This document shows, piece after piece, positions 20,936-26,738 of a DNA stretch of 26,738 nt (positions are counted from its first letter, which is position 1; each line of letters starts with the position of its first letter). The DNA comes from a virus. Its lineage: Duplodnaviria > Caudoviricetes. Under the pieces are notes generated by a model. The model saw only the letters and a list, made by a program, of their open reading frames with translations. It was not told the DNA's origin and did no database searches. The translations under genes were made by a program, and so were the position numbers. The DNA is taken from positions 1 to 26,738 of the IMG/VR virus record IMGVR_UViG_3300018050_001289. One strand, written 5' to 3'.

Positions 20936-21067
20936 ATGTCAGAATGTCAACACGATTGGCAATGGGGAGAACAAACACAGCCCTCTAGGGGTTTTTATGT
21001 GTTTGTTTGTTCTCTTTGTGACGAAGTCGCACAAGAAGAACATTTCCCCGAAGATGACTCAGCTTAG
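20936..21067 (+). CDS. Cassette zinc-binding peptide (43 aa)
   Basis: GGAG RBS; MSECQHDW...FVCSLCDEV (CxH...CxxC). Confidence 0.7.
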   Translation: MSECQHDWQWGEQTQPSRGFYVFVCSLCDEVAQEEHFPEDDSA

Positions 21068-21127
21068 GCTGAGTTATTTTCTTTTTTTATAAAGGTTTTA
21101 TAGATCCACTACTGGAAGGAGTACATT

Positions 21128-21373
21128 ATGTACATTCGTCGGCGAATCATGGTTGCACTCGTTGCATCATTGTTCTTCTATTTGGTTGTTAAGGATGTCT
21201 CGCAAGAGACTCCTGCTAGGTGTGACGGTGCTCTGCACATTGTCGCAACTGGTGAGACCATCTGGTCAATTGCGCAGCAGCATTGTACTGATGGCGTGAT
21301 GACCGCTATTCGTCAGTTGGTAGACGAGTACGGAGTAATCATCATGCCCGGTGACAGGCTGCAGCTGCCTTGA
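21128..21373 (+). CDS. Membrane-anchored LysM-domain protein (81 aa)
   Basis: N-terminal TM helix, then HIVATGETIWSIAQQH...IMPGDRLQLP (LysM consensus). Confidence 0.85.
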   Translation: MYIRRRIMVALVASLFFYLVVKDVSQETPARCDGALHIVATGETIWSIAQQHCTDGVMTAIRQLVDEYGVIIMPGDRLQLP

Positions 21374-21468
21374 CCGGCCCACTAGATTCGAGCCCCTTGT
21401 ATGCTCGAGTCTAGTCTGGGTTTTTATATATCTTTTTATAAAGTTTTTAGAGATGAAAGGAGACCACC

Positions 21469-21588
21469 ATGTGGTTCAAGAACATCGGTATCCACGGACA
21501 GGAAGAGTACGGACTCTACATCCGTTCGTGGAAGAACCCGGCAGAGCTTCGCTTTGCCTGGACCGTTTGGACGAAGCGCTTGCGCTGA
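21469..21588 (+). CDS. Cassette Trp-rich peptide (39 aa)
   Basis: AAAGGAG RBS; MWFKNIGIHGQEEYGLYIRSWKNPAELRFAWTVWTKRLR. Confidence 0.7.
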   Translation: MWFKNIGIHGQEEYGLYIRSWKNPAELRFAWTVWTKRLR

Positions 21589-21649
21589 CTCCATTCATTT
21601 TTATATATACCTTATAAACGTTTTAGAGTCACTATCATGGAGGTACGAC

Positions 21650-21772
21650 ATGTCCTATTGGAAGGCGTTCTGGAAGGTGTACAAGGTGAACATGTTCATC
21701 CTTGGCATCTTCATGTCGATTGGCTTGGCTGCTACTGCAGTTGACAAGGCAAAGGAGGAGCTCTCCGCGTAA
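21650..21772 (+). CDS. Cassette single-pass membrane peptide (40 aa), paralog of 19724..19846
   Basis: GGAGG RBS; MSYWKAFWKVYKVNMFILGIFMSIGLAATAVDKAKEELSA. Confidence 0.8.
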   Translation: MSYWKAFWKVYKVNMFILGIFMSIGLAATAVDKAKEELSA

Positions 21773-21837
21773 GCGGGGAGTAACCCTTCCATTTTTATAT
21801 ATATTTATAAAGTTTTTATAGATAGATAGGAGTTATT

Positions 21838-22107
21838 GTGAGAGTACACAATAAGTATAAGAAGACGGCACCACCTAGTGCTGTGTACATTGGCAGGCCA
21901 ACTAAGTGGGGTAACCCATTTGTGATTGGCAAGGATGGAACACGTGAAGACGTGATTCGTAAGTATGAAGATTGGGTTGTTACGCAACCACATTTAATGC
22001 AAGCATTGCACGAACTTCGTGGCAAAGACTTGGTGTGCTTTTGTGCACCTCAAGGCTGCCATGGAGATGTGTTATTGCGTTTAGCCAATGAGGTTGACCT
22101 GGCTTAG
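21838..22107 (+). CDS. DUF4326-like protein (89 aa)
   Basis: VYIGRPTKWGNPF...ELRGKDLVCFCAPQGCHGDVL matches my recollection of the DUF4326 signature; AGGAG RBS. Confidence 0.85.
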   Translation: MRVHNKYKKTAPPSAVYIGRPTKWGNPFVIGKDGTREDVIRKYEDWVVTQPHLMQALHELRGKDLVCFCAPQGCHGDVLLRLANEVDLA

Positions 22108-22313
22108 GCTGGGTTAACTTTCATGCTTTATATTTTTTAAATTTTATAGTGGAAGAGAAGGCTCAAACAAGAACTCATTCCGCTGCAGACGTGCAGTTCC
22201 GCTAAGCGGTTTTCTTGTTGGTAGCTGCTGATCTTACCCGTTTAAGAACGGTGCAGTAGCTATTTGTCGTATTCATATACTTTTAAATGTTTTAGGGACT
22301 GGAAGGAGTCAAC

Positions 22314-22436
22314 ATGTATTGGACCTGTGAACACTGTGATTCTCAGATGGAGCACAAGTACGACTACTGCACAACGTGTGAGTGGGCTGGCTGCACGAAG
22401 GATGACCACAAGTGCTGCGAGGATGAACCGGCTTAG
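22314..22436 (+). CDS. Cassette Cys-rich zinc-finger peptide (40 aa)
   Basis: AAGGAG RBS; WTCEHC-x10-CTTC spacing as in RanBP2-type fingers, plus three further Cys. Confidence 0.75.
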   Translation: MYWTCEHCDSQMEHKYDYCTTCEWAGCTKDDHKCCEDEPA

Positions 22437-22489
22437 GCTGGGGATTCCTCGTTTATTTTATAAATGTTTTATAGACCAAGGAGGTTAAC

Positions 22490-22759
22490 ATGGTAGAACA
22501 CGTTTGCCATTGTGATTACGTAACGGAACCGTTTACGTTTGAGGAGCAGTTTGCTCGTGTCGGAGATACATTCCACATGGTGGAGCACCACAGTGAGTTT
22601 ACTCACATGTTTAAGTGCGAGACCTTTTCGTGGGATATGGACGAGGTGCCTAGCATCACGTGCATTCAGTGTCTTAAGGCCGAGATTGCTCGTCTTCGTG
22701 AGTCCGTTCGTTCTCTTGAGACAGCGTTGACTGGCTCTTCCGATGATGTACCCTTTTAG
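22490..22759 (+). CDS. Cassette protein, Cys/His-rich with C-terminal coiled coil (89 aa)
   Basis: AAGGAGG RBS; HVCHC...CIQC-LKAEIARLRESVRSLE. Confidence 0.75.
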   Translation: MVEHVCHCDYVTEPFTFEEQFARVGDTFHMVEHHSEFTHMFKCETFSWDMDEVPSITCIQCLKAEIARLRESVRSLETALTGSSDDVPF

Positions 22760-23022
22760 GGTACTGATTCGGTTTATTTTATATCTTTATAAATGTTTTA
22801 TAGATCGCTGTCTGGGTGATTGGAACAAATAGCCGCGAAGGCTTGCAGGATGCTGCAATAGTGCTGTTTGTTTCCTATTTTATAAATGTTTTATAGAGAT
22901 GGACAACACACTCCATTCTTATCCATAGGAATTACGGATGATCTAGATTTATTTAGATTGACGTCCTATGGATTGGCAATCTTTATATATCTTTTATAAA
23001 GGTTTTAGTGGAGGTGGTCAGT

Positions 23023-23214
23023 ATGACTTCAGATTGGGTATCAGCCAAGATGAAGGATGAAGCTCTTGACTTTGCTCGAGACAACTCACACATCAAGTTT
23101 TGTGATGTGATGTACAAGTTGTTCTGGATCAAAGGCGATCTCAGCAACAAGCAGTATCTCAAGCTGCTGGAGATCAAGGCTGCATTCCTTCGTTCCCGGA
23201 ACCGTCGTCGATGA
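23023..23214 (+). CDS. Cassette protein (63 aa)
   Basis: GGAGG RBS before ATG 23023; MTSDWVSAKMKDEAL... Confidence 0.75.
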   Translation: MTSDWVSAKMKDEALDFARDNSHIKFCDVMYKLFWIKGDLSNKQYLKLLEIKAAFLRSRNRRR

Positions 23215-23288
23215 CGGTTCTGTGGAATCTTTTTTATATATCTTTATTTTATAAATGTTTTAGAGACCCGACTAGAGAAGGAGACAAC

Positions 23289-23537
23289 ATGTCCGAGTCA
23301 CAGAACATCAAGCCTTTGAGCAAGAAGCAGTACGATTTCATCGTCCTGCTTGCTGGTCAGCTCAAGGCGCATCTCAGCGAAGCTGAGATTGCGAACCTCA
23401 CCGCAAAGCTCAAGGCTGCGGATCAGCAGACATCTGCTTGGGGTTCGGCTGCGATTGCAAAGCTCAAGCGTGTGCAGACTCAGGTCGCACTCGCCAAGCT
23501 GCGCGAGCAGAGGGAGAAGTTGGCTGCCGCCAACTAA
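23289..23537 (+). CDS. Cassette helical protein (82 aa)
   Basis: AAGGAG RBS; MSESQNIKPLSKKQYDFIVLLAGQL... Confidence 0.8.
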   Translation: MSESQNIKPLSKKQYDFIVLLAGQLKAHLSEAEIANLTAKLKAADQQTSAWGSAAIAKLKRVQTQVALAKLREQREKLAAAN

Positions 23538-23701
23538 TCCCCAATTCTTTTATATAGATTTTAATACATTATATATATCTTTAGTTTATATTACTTTATT
23601 CTAAATGCCTTAGGGGCCCCTGCGGGGCGGTCGCGCGTTTCGTGTGTTCCGCTTTGTTTGGGTCATCCTGCTCTATTCATTGAACCTTAGGAGGTATCAC
23701 T

Positions 23702-24169
23702 ATGCAGGTCATCATCAATGGTGTGTCGTGGGGTAAGGGTTCCACGGCTCGCAACATCGTCCCGAAGATGTCGGGTGACGGCAAGTCTGGTGCGTTCTTG
23801 TGCACGGTGCACGACCTTCAGGGTCACGCTCCGTTGGACTGGACCACCGAGGCTGACGGGGAAATCCCTGGCCGTTTCTCGTCTGCCGTTGAACTGTGGT
23901 TCCGCACCGATATGGGTGTGGATGGCAAGCCTCTCGCAGAGGGTGCTGTGTCCATGTACCACCGCATCGTTGCTCGTCTCGCCGAGTGCGCTGCGAACGG
24001 CACCGTTTTCGCCATCGAGTTCGTGCCCCAGTCCATCCGCTACTCGGAGCCGACTTGGGGTAACGGCGACAACTCGGGCGTTCTCTACCAGACAGCCACG
24101 GTCAATCCCGACCGTTTCGCTGCCCGTCGGTTCTTCGAGATGTCCACGGGTTCCGTCGAGGGACTCTAG
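23702..24169 (+). CDS. Hypothetical protein (155 aa)
   Basis: AGGAGG RBS; strongly GC-biased third codon positions in this frame. Confidence 0.8.
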   Translation: MQVIINGVSWGKGSTARNIVPKMSGDGKSGAFLCTVHDLQGHAPLDWTTEADGEIPGRFSSAVELWFRTDMGVDGKPLAEGAVSMYHRIVARLAECAANGTVFAIEFVPQSIRYSEPTWGNGDNSGVLYQTATVNPDRFAARRFFEMSTGSVEGL

Positions 24170-24300
24170 TCCACACCAACACGCCCTTCTCGTCCGTGTT
24201 TCCCGGGTTCTGCTGCCAATCGGTGGCAGTTCCCGGGAATACGCGAGAGTTATGGATTTCGTTCTAGTATTACATATACCCTTAATAGAAAGATGATATA

Positions 24301-24627
24301 ATGACAGTTGAGTTTTGTAACTGTATAGATGTTCGTGGCTTCAAGGAAGCATTTGCGGACATCTTTAGTAGAGAGCTTGTAGATAATAAAGTTCGTGGCG
24401 AGTTCTACGAACTGTGGTCTGCACGCTCTATGTCAGAGTTCAGAGATGAACTATCTGATATTAGCTATGGCTTTGGCCGTTTGATCGCTGGCATCTTTGG
24501 TAAGCCTTATATCCGTATTCCTGGAGATAAGCTGCATATTGCAAAGATGTCTGCCCGCATGAATGAATATGGCTGCGTTCGTAGTACGCGCTTTCTCATC
24601 AATGGGCACTGTCCTAACAAGGACTAA
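24301..24627 (+). CDS. Hypothetical protein (108 aa)
   Basis: ATG-started ORF with weak RBS (GAAAG). Confidence 0.6.
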   Translation: MTVEFCNCIDVRGFKEAFADIFSRELVDNKVRGEFYELWSARSMSEFRDELSDISYGFGRLIAGIFGKPYIRIPGDKLHIAKMSARMNEYGCVRSTRFLINGHCPNKD

Positions 24628-25116
24628 GTTTTGCGGAATGGGCCCCGCAATAAATAACAGCACAATCGCATCAAGATTGTATGTAGCCTGAAGCATAAAG
24701 TAACGTTAGAGGAACTGAGCCCCTAGATACCAATACGCTTCAAATCGCTGACCCTAGAGTTCGCAGATAATCTCGCCTGAATGGTCAAAAATCTGCAAGA
24801 TCGTAACAAGTAGCTTAACCTTTTGCGTCCTACATTGCTTAGTTGGTATAGCAATATTGTTGGACAAATGCAAATAGTTAGCTCTCGCAGGGGGGAACCC
24901 ATATACAGGACTAGTATTGTTCCTATACAGGACCGATATATCGAGTCTTATGGATATCTGCTACCAATCCCCTTATCTGTCTCTTTAGGTAGATATGATA
25001 TTATCTCTTACTTTATTATATATAAGATAGAGATAGTTCTTCCCTGCGATATTCTCAAATCGTTGGCATTTGCCGGCGATTCCATTTGTCAATAACCAAT
25101 GTACAGGAGGTACATC

Positions 25117-25341
25117 ATGACAACCAAGGAAGACCGTAAGGTCGCCTTCCAGACGAAGAATCTTCGTCGCCGTGCAGTGAAGAAGGCTCTTGGCAAGAGC
25201 TTTCATTCTTTCCGTTCCTTCACCTCTGGTTACAGATCGGTGATTGGTTCGGATGGCAAGCCTGCTCGTGCCATCAATGGAGCCTTCGGTAACATCCACT
25301 CGCCCGAAATCGTGGATACCAACGCTCTTCTCAACGAATAA
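25117..25341 (+). CDS. Basic hypothetical protein (74 aa)
   Basis: AGGAGG RBS before ATG 25117; MTTKEDRKVAFQTKNLRRRAVKK... Confidence 0.75.
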   Translation: MTTKEDRKVAFQTKNLRRRAVKKALGKSFHSFRSFTSGYRSVIGSDGKPARAINGAFGNIHSPEIVDTNALLNE

Positions 25342-25494
25342 TCTTGTACTACGACTCTATACGTAGTACATCTAATGCTGCAGCATTGGCCAATGGTGCA
25401 CTCATTGGGTATGTTATAGAGTGGGTCTGACTAGAGCCTATATTAAGCTACGCCTGGTATACGCGTAGTGTAAGTCTAGTATGTATACTACTAC

Positions 25495-25566
25495 GGGTGT
25501 GATAGGTTTCGAGATTGCGGTTCGCCAATATCTATCATCTGGGTTCGATTCCCAGCACATCCACTA
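25495..25566 (+). ncRNA. tRNA-like RNA resembling the isolated tRNA-like domain of tmRNA (Ala identity)
   Basis: Acceptor stem GGGTGTG/CACATCC with G3.U70 and discriminator A; T-arm CTGGG-TTCGATT-CCCAG; 5' loop ATAGGTTTCGA as in tmRNA 5' ends; no D-stem; ends ACTA rather than ACCA. Confidence 0.65.
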
Positions 25567-25902
25567 TACTCAAGAATCAATATAGACTCGTCTGCACTCA
25601 GTTAGGTTTCTAGATAACCTACAAGTAGGATGCCACGATATCAGTGACTATTGATTGATTATTATCTACAGATGAATCCTTCGGTTGGTTGCAAGTAGTT
25701 TATAAAGTTAGCTGCTTTATAATCTAGCCTCAATGGTTTCCAGTATTATGTCCCCCATCTTACTGTGTCTAATCCCTGCGCGGTTCGTAAAATACCCTGC
25801 CCTTCAGGATTCGCTGGTCTTGAGTAGTTCTATAAGATATGAGCCAGACCCTGGTTCATGATTACCTTGCACATACAAAACCCTGCCTAAGGAGGCTTAA
25901 CG

Positions 25903-26334
25903 ATGAATGTGCTGTCCCCAATCCATCGTGGTGTTCGCAAGTCTGAACATCGCACTGACATCAAAGGAAAGCCGTATTTCTACGCGCAGTTCACAAATGT
26001 GTTCACTGATGTGGACCAGACTGCTGTGCGTTCATTGCTGGCTTTCCCCAAGACCAACAAGTCTGGAACCAAGTACTGGATGGTTATCTTGACCATTTGC
26101 CAGTCCCGTGTTTCCAAGGACGGTAAGCGGTTGGTTGCACCTGCCCGTAAGCGCAGTGAAATCCCGGCTTACCGAGTCAATGTGAACACTGGTTCTGTTA
26201 CGATTTACAACAATCGTACCAACACCCCTGTTTGCGGATCTCTTGGTCTTGGTCTTGAGGTCGAAGAGTTCAAGGACTTTCTGATTTCCGAGTGCCGTTG
26301 GGCTAACTCGGTTCTCTTTGAGTGTCCTTTCTGA
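25903..26334 (+). CDS. Hypothetical protein (143 aa)
   Basis: AAGGAGG RBS; basic, beta-rich composition. Confidence 0.8.
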   Translation: MNVLSPIHRGVRKSEHRTDIKGKPYFYAQFTNVFTDVDQTAVRSLLAFPKTNKSGTKYWMVILTICQSRVSKDGKRLVAPARKRSEIPAYRVNVNTGSVTIYNNRTNTPVCGSLGLGLEVEEFKDFLISECRWANSVLFECPF

Positions 26335-26348
26335 CCCTGTCCGTTGTC

Positions 26349-26383
26349 CCCTGTATTCTGTGGTTATGCTGCAGAATACAGGG
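26349..26383 (+). terminator. Stem-loop after the 143-aa gene (terminator or processing site)
   Basis: CCCTGTATTCTG / CAGAATACAGGG 12-bp stem; no strong U-tract. Confidence 0.45.
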
Positions 26384-26503
26384 ACTTACCCATCTATCCA
26401 TAATAGAGCTTTAGAAAGGCTTTCATAATGTTCAAATCAATCACCAACAAGTTCAAAGCTTTGGCTTTCGTAGTCCAGCTTTACATCCCAAGGAGTCACT
26501 AAC

Positions 26504-26692
26504 ATGTGGTACTGGTATCTATCAGGAGTCATTTCGACTCTTCTGCTAGTGTCATCCCTGATTAATATCGGGCTGATCACTGGGTGGATTCACTATCAGC
26601 GCCGGCGTCCTGAGCGTCATCTGACCTCTGTACAGTCCCCCAAACTGTACAATCAAGATGACCCTTCTGGACCCATTAGCCGAGCATCGTAG
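26504..26692 (+). CDS. Single-pass membrane protein (62 aa)
   Basis: AAGGAG RBS; hydrophobic N-terminus then RRRPER. Confidence 0.65.
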   Translation: MWYWYLSGVISTLLLVSSLINIGLITGWIHYQRRRPERHLTSVQSPKLYNQDDPSGPISRAS

Positions 26693-26704
26693 AGGAGATA
26701 TAAT

Positions 26705-26738
26705 ATGTTCTTCTCTATGATGATCATGCTAGCAATCG
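26705..26738 (+). CDS. Start of a gene truncated by the window edge
   Basis: GAGGAG RBS, then MFFSMMIMLAI... Confidence 0.5.
   Translation, partial: MFFSMMIMLAI

Larger units (their letters stand above)
19068..23267 (+). repeat. Dispersed conserved motif, approx. TTATAAA(G/T/C)GTTTTA(T/G)AGA, 18 co-oriented copies; probable promoter or protein-binding site
   Basis: Copies start at 19068, 19392, 19675, 19880, 20357, 20567, 20751, 20900, 21087, 21436, 21612, 21805, 22281, 22458, 22787, 22880, 22994 and 23249; degenerate copies at ~22135 and ~23599. Confidence 0.92.

Noticed and set aside
19068-23267. CRISPR array
   Set aside because: Repeats are ~18 bp and degenerate, spacing is irregular (about 90-480 bp), the intervals hold genes, and no cas genes are present.
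19054-23604. Track ORFs that start upstream of, or run across, the AT-rich motif (e.g. 19054, 19571, 20877, 21351, 21401, 22264, 23211, 23350)
   Set aside because: Their YKGF/YKCF-like peptides are just the translated DNA motif; better starts follow RBSs downstream, sometimes in another frame.
19068-23620. Classical integron
   Set aside because: No integrase in the window and no RYYYAAC...GTTRRRY attC boxes recognised; only the architecture is analogous.
23687-24296. Overlapping ORFs 23718..24296, 23687..23962 and 23824..24036
   Set aside because: Alternative frames of the GC-rich gene 23702..24169, which has the RBS and the codon bias.
25495-25566. Canonical tRNA or the CGGA-reading suppressor tRNA
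   Set aside because: No D-stem, no standard anticodon arm, no UCCG in the loop, and Ala rather than Gly identity; any true suppressor would lie outside this window.

Overview
Window from a large tailed dsDNA phage genome, possibly with an actinobacterial host (inference), in two sharply different halves. Positions 1-~18950 are AT-rich and mostly minus-strand: tail/virion-like genes, a terminase large subunit, Gly/Ala-rich virion-like proteins, a ~1400-aa DEDDh-exonuclease/coiled-coil/transmembrane protein, a ClpA/B-type AAA+ ATPase and recA. Positions ~19060-26738 are plus-strand, with small GC-rich genes; 19068-23540 is an array of 18 units, each headed by the same AT-rich dyad motif and usually closed by a hairpin. 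A tmRNA-like Ala-acceptor RNA lacking any mRNA domain lies at 25495-25566. Main result: seven genes of the AT-rich half carry eight +1 frame switches, and at every one the upstream frame reads CGG-A and the downstream frame resumes at GGA (Gly). My manual scan found no other in-frame CGG in that half. This suggests systematic quadruplet decoding or +1 frameshifting at CGGA, although a motif-specific sequencing error has to be excluded. All coordinates, translations and counts were done by hand.
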